Below are positions 1 through 13,450 of a DNA stretch of 64,000 nt, piece after piece. The DNA lies in contig NMRA01000048.1 in the NCBI GenBank assembly GCA_002633005.1, positions 374,763-438,762 of the forward strand, in the 5' to 3' direction. The number at the start of each line of letters is the position of its first letter. The stretch's first letter is position 1. Below the pieces are notes generated by a model. The model was given only the letters and a program-made list of their open reading frames with translations, ran no database searches and was not told where the DNA came from. The stretch comes from Phoronis australis (taxonomy: Eukaryota > Animalia > Phoronida). Both the position numbers and the translations under genes were made by a program.

Positions 1-299
1 TCTCAAATTATCGCGGAGCACAGACAACACAAAATGTTTATTCGATAGTAATAACGAAGCGCGTGCATTTTGTTGTTAATGTTGATACGCTAATAACAAT
101 CCAGTTTCAAATTATATTATTGCAGCAGCACCTTACACAATTTCAGTGCGCTCGTAAACCCTGTGCTTTACTGCGTAAACTAATTTGGCATGTCCGAAAA
201 TAATTTCTATTTCGTTTTCATTGTACACAAGCAGCAAAGTTAAAAGTGTGTAAGCAAAACCGACATTATGTACAAAATGTGTAGAATTATAATTTATTA

Positions 300-960
300 T
301 CTGAGTGTTTCTGCAGGAAAGTTAGCCATCTGCTTCTGGTGTCTGGACTGCCGAGGAATCTAAATATCGGATCCAATGTTCTCAGTTACGGTGTGTGCGT
401 CTTGGAGCCATTCAACCCAGTCATAGATCTTCGATGTTTGTTCTTGCACTTCGTCAACTGCTGTGTCATTGAGCTTGTAAGCCTCTGCAATGCAACTTGT
501 CACTAAACCACTTGCGGTTGTCAAGTCCATTCAAAAGAGCTACAAGCGCAACCATAATTGACCCGTTCATCATGGACTACTTCAAACCTTGCGCTTTTGT
601 CGAAGACGATGTATCTCAGGACCAATTTGCATCTCTTGCAATATTCCGTATCAACGTGCCATTGTCTGAACCCTTGAAACCCGAAGTTGTAACACCAAAT
701 AAACGCCCATAAGCATGGGCGTGTTATCGGGTGGGCCTTTCTGGAGAAATTCCCGGAATAGAAGACGGCAGTGATGCTTATTGCGGGTAGGAAGCCGGTC
801 AGTGTTAAGGTCAGAACCAGGGCTCCTTACGTGGCCTATTGAACACCGCACGAGTCCCGCAAGGCTGAGACGTACAGCCTATCCGCAATTTCTGGTACTG
901 TACACTGTTCGCGAATGCGGTCACCTTGTCAATATGAGTGCACCCCAGGTTCATTCCTTT
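300..960 (-). mobile_element. Degenerate hAT transposase (PRKRIR/THAP12-like clade) remnant
   Basis: Frameshifted, stop-containing fragments ARDANWS*DTSSSTKAQGLK*SMMNGSIMVALV and IPRQSRHQKQMANFPAET match the central region of this hAT group. Confidence 0.6.
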
Positions 961-3195
961 TATATGGTATAGGCCCGTGTGCATCTTGAAACGGGCTCAC
1001 GACCAAACCACAGCACCCGCCACAACGGCCCTTGCACAATTCTTCGGAAAATGAGTTGGTTGCTTTATAAAATATACACATTACATGTACTTTGTATGTT
1101 TAACGCGCAAGACGATTTTATTAAACACATGTGTGTCAAATTTAAATTACAAACGTGTGGAGTGTAGTAGCCTGTTATTGTGGGGTATTTGATGAGGTTG
1201 TAGACTGCTGTGGAGTCTAACAGGTTCGTTGCTAGCTAGATGGAGATAAAAACTGACTACATCGATTGAAGGCTATAAGAACACACAAAGTTTATTGGCT
1301 CTAACTACAGTATATATAGTAACTCAAAATACGTGTGGGTTTTGGGTGTATTTGAGTCAGTTCTTGTAACGTCAACACAAATAGTAAACTTTTATGAATG
1401 GAATTCCACAATCTCGTCCTGGCATGCCAAATATGGAAAGTGACTTGTTTACCAGACAACCAGATGCACTAAAACAATAACATTGATATGCTGAGGTCAC
1501 TACTCACAGGAACTATTATGTAACAACTCTTCCTTTTGCCAGAATTCAATGAAAAAACACGATATGATTCACTTTCACTTGATCATTATGAGAATTCATG
1601 ACAGTTATCCTGAAAGTCAGTTGATGGTTCTTATGAGGAATATCTTGGCCTTTATAACTTTTTATGTCCAGATTTTAAGTCTGCATTCATGTAAGACCGA
1701 AATGATTTCACATTTTGGCAGCGGGGAGAACATCTTCCTTCAAAATTACTCGTTGAAGAGCATTATAAACAATCGCCTCATAGGCCATAGTCCCAGCTCT
1801 CCTATCTTTCACCTCTGTGGCTACTTTCGGGGGGGGGGGCAATGGGAATTTTGTATTAAACCCGTCTACAGAAGTTCAAAAGTCAATTTCAAAAATGTTT
1901 CCAAGAATACACTTGCACGTTTAATTAGAGTTTTGATTTAAAAAATAGCCTCAGCAAATATGTTAGCCACCAGGTGTCAGCGCAAAATGATCAGCACAGC
2001 CAATCAAATGCCAAGAAAATATTGTGTCCGTACCTTGTCTGCTTCATGAAAGCATTCGAGGACAGCCAGCAGATCTCCTGCTTACTTGGCTAACTTGTTT
2101 ACAACTACTGTCCATATTGAGAAGAATTAATTCTTGGATGGGTGTGCAAGTAATTGGCCATACTGTGTGCTAAAGTGAAGAGCATTTTGGTTATCTGTTT
2201 CAGTAAAAGGATTACTGTAACATGGCTGAAGTGTTTATGGATAAAACAGTATTCAGGTTGACAAAAAATTTTAATTCCGGGTAGGGTGCATGCAGGCTTG
2301 CACAGATATTTTAAAAACTTTTTCATTAAAGTTGGGCTCAGCATTTGTGTTTCCTGGTCAATTCATGAAAGGCATTGAACTTTAGTGGCAAGCTGTACGG
2401 CGACTCATCATCAAGTTTGGCGCTACCACATATTCAGGTTGAAATCTGTGATGGAATCGTCTTTGCCTCCTGATCATGATTGTTTGCTGTTACATCCAAA
2501 AGAGCAAACTACCAGTGTGCCATTCACAAACGAGCCTCGCAACAGCATATCAGTGCACCATGGGTGCTTTTGAAGTTCCACTGGATGACTCTCAGTGCCT
2601 TTAGCCCCAGAAAATGTCATTAAAAATGTTAATTGCAAGTGTAAAAAGAGTGACTGTAGTACAGAAATGTGCTCTTGTTTGAAGTGAGGCATGCCATGTT
2701 CTTAGTTGTGTGACTGTCTTGTGTAAACACGGGTGTCTCAAGAAGCAACTTTTGATGACGTAATGATGATGGATTGGATGAGGAAACACAATAATGCTTT
2801 GTTGTTAAATAACTTTAATTTCGTAACCTAATTGAAAATATTGACAACATTTTATTATGCTCGTGACAGTCAGAACTGTACGGTTTATCGTTCCCCTGTG
2901 ACAGTTGACAGTGAACTGCAATGTGGATAATAATAAATTGTGACTGTTAATGAAAGTGATTACAGTGGATTCATTGCAGAAGCTTGAAAATGTTTTTCAT
3001 ATGTAGGTTGTGATATCAAATCTTTGTCAAGTTCCAAATGGTTAACACTGTTGTTTTTGGTAGGAGTTCAGTTATAGAAGTAGTATGTTTTCTGGCCAAC
3101 AGGAGGCGTTGCTAAAATTTTTCTTCTTTTTTAGCAATTTTCCACCTAATGTAATAATATTTATCGCAAACATTGGGAACTTTTTAGATTCTTAA

Positions 3196-4392
3196 GGTAG
3201 GTGTATACACTGATCAAATCTCCAGGTTCCTAACTAAAATGAGTAAAAAGGGAGTTTTAACTAGTTAGACATGACTCTGAAAGTGACAAAAATCGAAAAA
3301 AAATGTTTTTTTTTTGTAGTTCGTTTTTTAAAAAATCGTATTTTTTAATTTTCAACAAATCCAATTTTACCTCGAATTTTTTTCAAAATGCACAGGGATC
3401 ATCATCAACTATTTCCTTACGCAATATTCTACTTATCCATACCAAATATATGTACAAAATCATTATGATCTTGATTTTGTGGCATTTTTTGTGTGTGAGT
3501 TGGGGCAAGCACGCCACTTTTTGTCATTTGGTCACTTTCCGTCTAATAACTAAAAATCTGGTCCATTTATCAAAAAACCCTGGCACGCGATTTTACTTCA
3601 GTCCAAGAGGATTTCAAATTTGCAACTTTCGTTAAAATTGACCCACGTGTTGTGAAAAAATAGGCCCGAGAATCGTGTCACTATCCTGAAATCACGAGCC
3701 GAGAAAAACGGCTTTGAAGTTAAGCGGTCATCGATTGCCACTTGAGATCAAATTTCGTTCAGAATGCGTGGTCATTATGTTCCAATTTTTGTTGAAGTAC
3801 TAGAAATAAAGGTGATATTTACTTCATATTTAGAAAATGTGACATACCTGTTTGTTTACAGCGTAATTTTAATCATTTTTTCGAACTTGTGATGCACGAC
3901 AGACGACCAAAACAAATATGGCTGTCACGTGGGCGGAGCTTAGCGTTGATCTATTGTCTGCTGTACTGGTGTGCCGACCANNNNNNNNNNNNNNNNNNNN
4001 NNNNNNNNNNNNNNNNNNNNNNNNNNNNNNNNNNNNNNNNNNNNNNNNNNNNNNNNNNNNNNNNNNNNNNNNNNNNNNNNNNNNNNNNNNNNNNNNNNNN
4101 NNNNNNNNNNNNNNNNNNNNNNNNNNNNNNNNNNNNNNNNCTTGTTGACAGGGTTAGATTAGAGCTAGTGTCCTTGTATATAAGCTCCGCCCCAGTTGTC
4201 AATCACTGAGCTGGTGAGCACTCAAGCCATATGACTTACTGAGGCTTGGTCAAATATAGCTAAAAAAACAACTTTGGATTTTCAGAATGATTTTATTTTT
4301 CTTCAGTATACTGTGCATCAAGAATTAAAGATTAGGATGATATGAAAATGTAAAAAACAGTCAAAATTAATTTTTTTGTGTATCCACCTACC
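3196..4392. mobile_element. Kolobok-type non-autonomous element nested in the Academ element
   Basis: TIR GGTAGGTGTATACAC / GTGTATCCACCTACC flanked by TTAA on both sides (3192-3195, 4393-4396); contains an N gap. Confidence 0.75.
3981..4140. other. Assembly gap (160 N)
   Basis: Run of N. Confidence 1.
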
Positions 4393-6259
4393 TTAAGGTA
4401 CTTAATGACCTTAAAAACACCAAAATTTTCTTGCTCCCAAAAGTAGCCACAGAAGTGATTTTCTAGGCTTCCTAGCCTGAGTCGAATGGACTGTGGCCTA
4501 TCACTGACTCAAGTTCTGAGCCATGGCCAGCGCACATTTACAAGCTATCTCACAATGCCACTCGCAAGCCTATTTAAATTTGCACATTGTATTTTTTCCA
4601 TAATTATTCTCAGCTTTATCTGGATTGTGCGTACGTACCTTTAAACGCAAGTGTTAATGCGCTTCCACCGCTATCATCAGCTGAGCGCCTGTTGTCCTAA
4701 GGAGTTGGCGGCCCTTCCCAGGACTCCCTTTAACGGGTTGACCGACAGAGGAGACCAGACTCTGCCTAGCGGCAGGCTCTTCTGCTCGTGTTGTTGCAGT
4801 TGCTGCTAGTACTTCAGTAATATCCATCTGGAAGCCTTCTCTGCGTCGTCTGCTGCATCGGATGTTAATGATTTCTTTGTCTTCGTCTCCATTCCCAACT
4901 TCTGTGCCAAATGAATAACCAATCGTGGTGGAAACCCTCCACACAGCCAATCTGTATACGAAAACCTCAACATTTCCAACACTTTAACTCACACTGCTCT
5001 CTGAGGTCTCCATACCTTACCATATTGGGTCTCCCATGGCATTGTTAGCTCTGTTACAACCACCTCTCCTTTAGTGTCCGAATGCAATACCAATATCTAG
5101 GAGTAAGTCTTTTCTGTACTATATGTATCAGAAACCATGCTTAACTATATAAGTCGACGTTTAGCATACCGTGAATAATACGCTTACAAGTCACGCTTTT
5201 CTAAAGATATGCGGGAATTTTCACCGCTCAGCCTTCTGAGCGGCTTGTACCAGGATCAAAGAGAGGGCGGCGCCGGAATCAGGTACAATTGTGATGACGC
5301 ATTGCCCGATGCGAGCAAGACCCAATTAAATGTAATTATCCGACCATAAACTGTATTAAACATCTCTAACTGTACATAATGGCGAATTTTCAAAATGCAT
5401 TAACCACAAATTTTCGTTATTAACGAACACCACGGCGGTATTCAGCTGGAAAAAAACAACCAAGTGCGGTTTTCGATTTTTAAATATCGATGAACTAATA
5501 ATCTAAAAATTAAAAGCATTGGGTACGATTGAAGATAAACTACCGCGCGTATTGATTTACTCGGTGGATATACAAACGCTGATCAGACTTAACAATATCA
5601 CATATATTCATTTTTAATATTCTTTCAATCTCGTTTAACCAGATTTTTGACCAGAAAACAGTTGTGGGGCCCACTTTCCATTTTTATTACAGACAAAGAG
5701 CTAGAGCAGTTATGTAGTCAGTGCCACCGATATTGTCCAGAAATTCCAAATCTTCAGTTTGGTCATCACCATATTTGCACGTTTGTATATATTTTATGAT
5801 TTGAGTTCTAATAAAGATTAAACTTTAAAAACACGTGAAATGTTTAGTGTACCTGTACTGTGGTAAGTTTAGGGATGGGCTCACAATGAAGTTAACTGGC
5901 GATCAAAATCTATCACTGTTTTGGTACTTCAAGCTCAAAACTTGGATAAATGTTATCAACCCGTTCCCGGTAAGAAAAAAAAAAACAAGTGGGCAGAAGC
6001 ATTAAAAATTAAATAAAGAAAACCAATATGAAACTTATCGTTCCTTTGGGAAGTGGTCTTTTGTGAAGATAAACACAAGTTAACCTTTTTAGTCATTTTG
6101 TAGTATATATAATGTACCAAGTTAAAACTACTTTCCAGAGTGTTGCAAGCTATAACTCTGCAAATGTCAGAGAAAACCAAATTAGGGGTACTAACAACAA
6201 CCATTGTTGAGACAGTAATGCTAGCAATTATCTTTCCACTTCAGTAGCTCAGATCTACA

Positions 6260-7060
6260 TCAATACAAAGGGCGTGCTGAATAGGCCTCGCAAAACTTGT
6301 CTGGGGCTTAGGGAATCAGAGCGGTCACCAGTGTAAGCGACAAATTCTCCACATGGTATCCACTTATTTGTCGTCGTTAGAATGCCTATCGTATCTCTCG
6401 TCTTGGTTACCGCTGCCTTCCTCCTCTTTCCAGGTCTGCAGAACTCTAGAAATGAAGGTCTGGTGCTGAACTTGTTCGATGTGTTCCTGCTTGGTTGTGT
6501 CTCCAAATGAATATTCCATGTGTAGGGGGGAGGGTTTGCTGGGCAATAGGACGTGATTCAAATTTCGCCACTTGTCGCACTTTAAACACTTAGGGAAAGT
6601 CATCTTCCATCAAGTCATCAGGTTTGTGGGTGCTGGCAGAAAACTCAGCCGCGCCGGTACAATTCTCATAACGTCTCTCCACTTAAGCTCCCTCGCTGGA
6701 ACGTCTTTCCAAGTGCCGTCTTTTCACATCTCGACCGCGCTCGCCTATCGGCACTCTTCTTCAGAGTTCCTCACCTGTACTATGCGGTCTCTTCGTTCTT
6801 TCTAAGAGGACATTTCTTGGCCCAGTTGTTTGTAGAATACCCCAACCCCTGCTTTCCACAGCACACCGTTCCTACAATCTGTCGGTGCTTTGTCCTACTT
6901 TCAGCATCTTCAGCGCACACGAGGCCCTCCAGCATCTTCCCGTATTTACTCCAGTGATGCTGTTCTTGAATCAAAATGTGCTTTATATCGTGCGTCTGAC
7001 AAAGCCCGATTAAGTATGTCTTGAAGGCCCGACATGTCCAGTCTATACGGAAGCTATTTG
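6260..7060 (-). mobile_element. R2/Hero-type (RLE) non-LTR retrotransposon fragment
   Basis: Degenerate frames HRQIVGTVCCGKQGLG and WKDVPARELKWRDV..RLSFLPAPTNLMTWWKMTFPKCLKCDKWRNLNHVL (post-RT zinc-knuckle region). Confidence 0.7.
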
Positions 7061-7119
7061 GCAACTCCCCGAAATGTCTAAAGAACTTCCCCTACTTGAA
7101 GGATGGTAAATTCATATTC

Positions 7120-7300
7120 TTTTGTTATGCCGACATACTCTACGTACCTAGATCTAAAACAGAGAAATACGGTAAGGCGAAATTTCGTTTTGCTGCCGCC
7201 AAGGTCTGAAACAGCCTCCAAGAAGGGTTGCTGAATCTTTCAGCCTGTTTCAGAAACTGCTTCGGATCTAGACTAGTGCAAATGCAGCCATTGTAAATCA
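7120..7300 (+). mobile_element. CR1/L2 LINE 3' tail fragment
   Basis: LYVPRSKTEKYGKAKFRFAAAKV*NSL is typical of CR1/L2 ORF2 C-termini. Confidence 0.55.
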
Positions 7301-7705
7301 TCATCATCGTCATTATCACTTATTTGTATTTCAATGCACGTAGCCTAAAACATAGTTACTTATTCGTTCTTATCAATATTTTTCGATTTATCTTATTAAT
7401 TTTATAATCCATATTCTCTACCTCTAGATTTTTATTTTATTTATCTTTCGATTTTTACTGTGGATCTAGTGTACTTTGTTTAGCTCAAATTTGTAACTAA
7501 GCATTGGTCTTTTAATTGTGTTGGTCATTAAAATAACCCGATGGGCCTAATGTTACCGATGTAAAATAAACCATCTTCTATCTTGGTATAAGTTACGTGT
7601 CTAATATTCTTGGATAACGCCAACACTTTGTATATAGCTTGATCTTTGCACAAAGAAAAATGGTAAAATGAGACATTAAATATTTATCAATTTTATATTC
7701 CTTAA

Positions 7706-8103
7706 AGCCTAACTTCAACGGAATTTTGTTACTTCAGATGTATTAGGCTAACCAGATAGTTCTAGCAAATACTTGGTAAAAAAAGAGTTCAATCACGCAA
7801 ATGTAAGCCCGTCAAATGATTAATGAAGCTGCCTTTTCCTGCCATGTTGCGTCTCCGCGAGATCCCAGCACAAACAACAAAAGATTGTATTGAACAGGGG
7901 TCTGAACAGAACACCATTGAGTGCGGGTGTTATTCGCAGCTGTTTGAATTAAAAGGTGATTCTCGCGGTGACGTAGACGAAAGCAAGCTAATACGCCTAA
8001 CACTTCGTTGCATTTGGCAAATTTGTGGCACTAATAGGCTAAAGCGATGCTCTTAACATACTGTAGGAACCAAATTTACATGTGTTACCGTTGAAGATAG
8101 GCT
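7706..8103. mobile_element. TTAA-flanked MITE (Kolobok-like)
   Basis: TIR AGCCTAACTTCAACGG / CCGTTGAAGATAGGCT (1 mismatch) with TTAA on both sides; a further lone end lies near 9815. Confidence 0.7.
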
Positions 8104-9879
8104 TTAAGAGCCATTTAAACAAAAACAGACCAAATTACATTATTCAATGTGGTTCTCTGACGCTGAAACAAAAGTCAACAAAATTACCTTATAACCATCT
8201 CCTCCTCTCACGTAAAGAACTAGCGTGACGTCACATATCAATTATGACATCAAGCTTGCTTACTTTTTATGATTACCATGTTTCTGTATGTCGCTCTTAA
8301 TTACGTACATGTCCAAAGTACGAGTTGTTGCTCCCAATAAAAACTTCACGCTCTGTTGAAAAGCAAAGAACTAATACGTAGCGTAGCCAAAGTTGAAAGG
8401 TCAATTGCGTCGAGCACCCTTCAACAGAAGGAGAAGCAAACTTAATTTTATTATTTTTTGAAGGTGATCTCATTTCGTCGTCCCGGAACGGCGATTTTGT
8501 CTTTCAGTCTTAAAAGCTAGGACTTAGTGACTGTCGTTGAGACCTGTCTATGAAACACCATGTAGCCCGACTTTTGACCTTTTCAGGCTTCTTTTACAAG
8601 TGCATCATAGAAATATTTCCTGTCACCGCCTCTGATGACAAGAGTGCTATCCGGAACCCCGCCAGTCACTTGCGTAGCCAGACGTTTTCAATAGGTGGGG
8701 TAAATTTGGGAACCGTTAAAGCAACCGACCGGTTGGAGTTGTTCCCTCTCTCCACGGAAATTTCTGTTCTTAGAAATAATTTTTCTAATTGACGTTTGAT
8801 TATTAGTTGCTCTTGTTTTTTAATAAGTTATTTTTCCAAATGAAACAAACAAATCAAGGAAAATGTGTACTTAAGACAAAACACCATGTATACATACGCG
8901 TGCGCGCGCACACACGCGCACGCGCGCTTAAAAAAAACATGGTTGTTGCCGATTAGTAATAGCAGGTTCTCCACAAACAGTTGATGGGCTTCTGTTTCAT
9001 CTTTATTGCACGTTTAAAAGCAGCATAATTAATCCAGTTTGAAAGCTTGTATCATTTGTTCAATATCTCCCAGATCAGAAATTTGTTTTCAAAATCCAAA
9101 ACTTCCTTCACAAAAACTATGCTGGTTTTTTAAAAACTTTTGAAAATACAATTCCCCATCTATCAAAATATTTTTGTTGCATGAGATAACAACTAACTTT
9201 AACTTGATTTAAAGATCAACCCCATATGTTTTGAAAATACAGTTTGGAAACACTTAAAAACTGAATCGTTTCCATCCAAGCAGCGGTTAACCCTCGTTAC
9301 TAGCGACTTGAGTATAATATTTACGCCAGGAACTTAAAAAAAACCATGTTCATAAGAGTTGAGTCACTTATTTTTACTGAACACAATTTTTATTTTAGTA
9401 TCTACTTTCATTCAATGTGCTTCATATATCCTTAAATTAATCATTACATAGAGTAATCTTAAGAATGCAGAAGTTTGACTACACTAATTCTGCCTAGCAA
9501 AGAAATGTTGTGACTTTTCCCGGCAGACATTGAAAAACCTTTTAAGCGATATAATTGTAAGTTCAACTTAAGAAAAATCATTTTCTTATTTGTTATTAGT
9601 GAAAGATATACTCAAGCTCTTGATTGGTTTCCCAATCCACTTGAAGCCGTAATGTGGGTCAGTTCACTCTTTTTCTCACACTTTCACCCTCGGTTAAAAA
9701 GTCATCCAGTTGCCTAACCCCACTGAGGAATTTCCTTCGTGACAGGTATAGGGGCTGTAATTTCCATTTGACAAATTGGGAAAATAATGGAGTAACAATT
9801 AATTATTTCGAATTTTAAAGCCTATTTTCAACGGTAACACCTGAAAATTTTGTGTGACGGTTGACAGTGTGGCGGTTCG

Positions 9880-10490
9880 CATGTCCAAGGCAACTCCACC
9901 CTCTCAACATGGTGACGGAGGGCCTTCCTCAACAATTAGCGGCTGACATGGATCCAAATTTGAATGTTCAATCCTATGAGGACGACACAGCTCTGTGTGC
10001 CCAGCATCGATCCTGATACATGTCCTATCTTGTTCAGAATGCCACATGGACTCAGTCAGTTGGCTTAGAAATTAGTGGCAGCCAAACAAAGTTGATTACA
10101 TTCATCTGGAAGCTTAAATGGTCAATGCGGCCTTTAACGCTGAATGGTCAACATCTTGATTTTGTGTAAAAGGCAACTTGCCTTGGTGTCATTTTACACC
10201 ATTGCTTTTTATGGACCCCGAAAATAACAGAAAAAATCTAGAACCAAAACTGCGCTGGGGAAATGCAGTCGTGCGGTGGGTAATACTTGTGAAATGTCTC
10301 CCAGGAATATGTTCCGTGTCGGAGTTGAAACAGAGTACAATTTTCAACAAGTTGATTCAGTTGCAACGTCTAGCTAGCTGCCTGTGCATCACCTCTACTT
10401 TTCCAGGGACGCCTCCTTTAGCCCTAGAAATGCTAATGGGTCTACCACCACTGTGCATATATCTTAAAGGAGGATGCCACCATAGACTAT
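9880..10490 (+). mobile_element. I/R1/LOA-like LINE reverse-transcriptase remnant
   Basis: Degenerate VQSYEDD, LGVIL and LQRLASCLCITSTFPGTPPLALEMLMGLPPL; a likely continuation (RNase H) lies at 13270-13450. Confidence 0.55.
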
Positions 10491-11724
10491 AGTACATGGA
10501 CCGCCAACGAAATCTGTGATCTAACGCATAAGCCCTTACGTCATTATTCACTGGCGACACCTGGCTAAATTTTCTGGTGCCATTTCCGGCAAGTACGTCG
10601 TCTGCTAATTATGGTCGGCTGCTGTGTGGCCGGTTGTACACGCGAAATGCAAAGAGATTAGCTCTGATAGGCCTACTACTTAATCCTGTCTTCACCAAAT
10701 CCATTTTTCTTTTCTCCGTTTTGATGAAAACTATCTGGTAAACATTTTGACAAAAATTGTCCGCTAAATTTCTTCCAAAGGTAGTGACTCGTGAACTCTT
10801 GTCCTTACTAGGAACTTCAGCCATAGTCTTGTGAGCGAATTAACCAAATTACTCTTCGCTGGCCTTGATCAGACGGTTGGTCTCAGCAGAATGCGCATAT
10901 TTGGCCAGGATTTGGAACAGCGGTTTCAATAAATTCACACTGATTCGTGTTAACACTTTAGAAATAACCACCTGGACCAGTCAAAATCTATTCAACAGCA
11001 GGTTACATACTCATTTATTAATGTGACTGTTTGCCGCACAAAACTTGAACCATCTTAGCCAAGTACGCTGCAGCCTATGAAAATACCGAAAACTAACCGG
11101 AGTTTCAACTTCTTTGCAAACATGGAACAGGGATATCAAAGGGGTATGAAGGTTGTTTTTATGCTTCAATGTTACATTTTTGTAAGCAGACAAATGTTTT
11201 TTTTTTTAAATCTGCCTTAATTCCTACTATTTCAAAAGTATTTCCAACCTTACGCCTTTCAAATGAACATTTATGACACAAACGTAATTCTTCAACCGGT
11301 TTTGTAAAGTCCTTCATCACTCTATATAATATGAACCAATCCTACTCCTAATGTAACAAAAAGGCCCCGTGCGCTCATCCAAAACCTTTACGACAAACAG
11401 ATGGCGCTGGATGCAATGATGCTTTACTAACAGGTAGCGCTGCTCACAGTCATTTGACATTCTTGTGTGAACTGAATCTTGACCTACCCTCTAACACAGC
11501 GCCACCTATACTGCAAAGTGGCCTTTCGTTTAGCACTGTGATAGAGTGTAAATCTTGACCCTGCACCTTTTAAACCTTCATTCTACAGCTGCTGACGTCA
11601 CATCGCCGTTGTGACATGATGAGCTCAGTGCTTCACTCTTTGTTTATACTGTCAGCTGTTATTAATCATGGCCACCAACATGTTTATAGTGCATGGTTCA
11701 GTTCGTTAAATAGATACTATCTCA

Positions 11725-12124
11725 AGGGCCTTTCATACTAACGTCGACGCGTCGATGGTTTGGGGAGTTGCGGTCAGTATGAACGCTTAACTCCGGTCCA
11801 ATCGAAGTTATCGCCAGGTGCCACTGTTATCGTCAGTTACAGAGTAGTGCCGTCACTAATAACTACTTATTTTTGGTTTAATGATAACCAATCGATTTAA
11901 AAATGAGTTTTATATCATTTAGCACATTTAAATGTTCCAAATTGTCACATTGAAAAAATCTTAGCGTGCAGCGCTACCTTGCGATAACTTCTATGACGTC
12001 AGCGTCACCAACCCTTTACTTCGATGGTCATTAACTACCGAAGCCAGTATGAACGGTCCAGTTAACTGCGCTGTTTACGTCGACGCTCCGCTCAAACCGG
12101 AGTTAAGGCAATATGAAAGGGCCT
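11725..12124. mobile_element. Harbinger-like MITE
   Basis: TIR AGGGCCTTTCATA / TATGAAAGGGCCT, imperfect 3-bp TSD (tca/taa), internal inverted GTCGACGC motifs. Confidence 0.6.
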
Positions 12125-12127
12125 TAA

Positions 12128-13097
12128 ACAGTACACACCATGGATTTTTGCACATTTTGAATTACCGGTGGCCACAGACTAAATGTATGACGTAAAATTT
12201 AGCTAAACCCATGTCTATTTTGTCTAATTTGCTCGAAATTTTGTTTTTTCTTTCAATTTTGTCAATTTTCACATTTCCCGCCATGTGATGTCATGGGTTG
12301 AACACAAGAGATCAATGACTAGCATTGAACAATGGCGGAGAGCAGGGAATTTGAAAGCGACGACGATTATGAGCAAGAATTGAACAAATACTATGAAAAA
12401 ACGTACGGGAATGGTGGCCAGGATGAGGAAATGGGGTTGCACGAAAGCGAGAACAAGTTTAATGTGCTCAGGCTTCCGGCTGCGTACTTTTCTACTTTGA
12501 GCCTTACCAACTGGATCCTCCCGCGAGAGAAGCGGCCTCGGGCTCGGCGAGTCAACCCAGTCATCCAACAGACGATCCTGAATTAAGAGCTGATGTTTCT
12601 GAATGGTAAATATTGTCCTTTATTGAACCAGGCCTTCAACGTAACGTCTCCTGTGACTGGAGTCGAAACACGAGTCCTCAAAGTGGGCAGAACACAGAGT
12701 GGCCCCGTACCGAATCGCTTGGTCCACGATGACGTCCCACACTCTCGTTCGGCGCACGAAGCGATGCCACTTCTGCGCAACTTTGGTGTCATTCGGAACA
12801 CCGAGACGTTCTCCGCCTGGCTGCTGTTGCTGAAGCCTCCGGAAACACATCTTTTGATCCCTCTACGAACCTTCTAGACGCTAAATGTACTTTGCTTTCT
12901 CTTCACTCTATACACTTTGTGTCTGATCCGAATAGTATGGCGAACGAATTGGGTTCAACCCATGACGTTGTACATAATTATTATTTTTTTTCAATTTTTG
13001 TATGCTTCTTTATGAGCTGTGCACTAAAGGCACTGAAATCATGTAAGATATAATAATAAAATTTATTTTGAGGTACTAGAGTCATGTTGTGTACACT
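12128..13097. mobile_element. Kolobok deletion derivative retaining a THAP domain (minus) and the start of a convergent second ORF (plus)
   Basis: TTAA at 12124-12127 and 13098-13101; imperfect TIR ACAGTACACACCATG / CATGTTGTGTACACT. Minus-strand THAP remnant KRCVSGGFSN..PNDTKVAQKWHRFVRRTR..LCSAHFEDSCF (12600-12870); acidic plus ORF MAESREFESDDDYEQEL (12332). Confidence 0.65.
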
Positions 13098-13269
13098 TTA
13101 AGGGCGAAGTCACTTATGCAGCGCTTCTTCTACACAGAAGTCACAGGAACGTGTGTAATAAGTTAATTAAGTATATTGGACATGCTTAGGGATGTCTCGA
13201 TTACAGTTTTATATCATGCAAACAATTTCTTTTAGAGAATGCCGGATGTTTTGTAGCAGAACACAAAAA

Positions 13270-13450
13270 TGAGGTGGTTTATTACACGGACGGCTCTAAA
13301 CTGCAAATTGGCCAAGCAGGTGCTGGAATCTAAGCCTTCCTATCGCTCAACTGGTTTGACAATACAACACCTATCTCGGCAACAAGTCAATCACCATCTA
13401 GACAAGCGGCAAAAGAAGCCCTTAACGAAACCAAGGGTCAACTCTTGCTG
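13270..13450 (+). mobile_element. Non-LTR retrotransposon RNase H fragment
   Basis: VVYYTDGSKLQIGQAGAGI motif. Confidence 0.55.

Larger units (their letters stand above)
1781..4500 (+). mobile_element. Academ-type DNA transposon, internally deleted
   Basis: Termini TAGGCCAYAGTCC...GGACTGTGGCCTA with inner inverted motif CTGTGGCTACTTT; 3-bp TSD TCA (1778-1780 / 4501-4503). Coding remnant 2450-2730 reads ESSLPPDHDCLLLH..RANYQCAIHKRA and APENVIKNVNCKCKKSDCSTEMCSCLK*GMPCS*LCDC, like the XPG-like/Cys8 tail of Academ proteins. Confidence 0.8.

Noticed and set aside
3889-4209. ORFs spanning the N runs (also 14595-14999)
   Set aside because: Artefacts of assembly gaps.
8893-8927. Alternating purine-pyrimidine tract (possible Z-DNA)
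   Set aside because: Short degenerate microsatellite with no functional context.
10480-10940. Possible Crypton/tyrosine-recombinase N-terminal remnant on the minus strand (WLKFL..PLEE..KRRKKNG)
   Set aside because: Too degenerate to support without a profile search.
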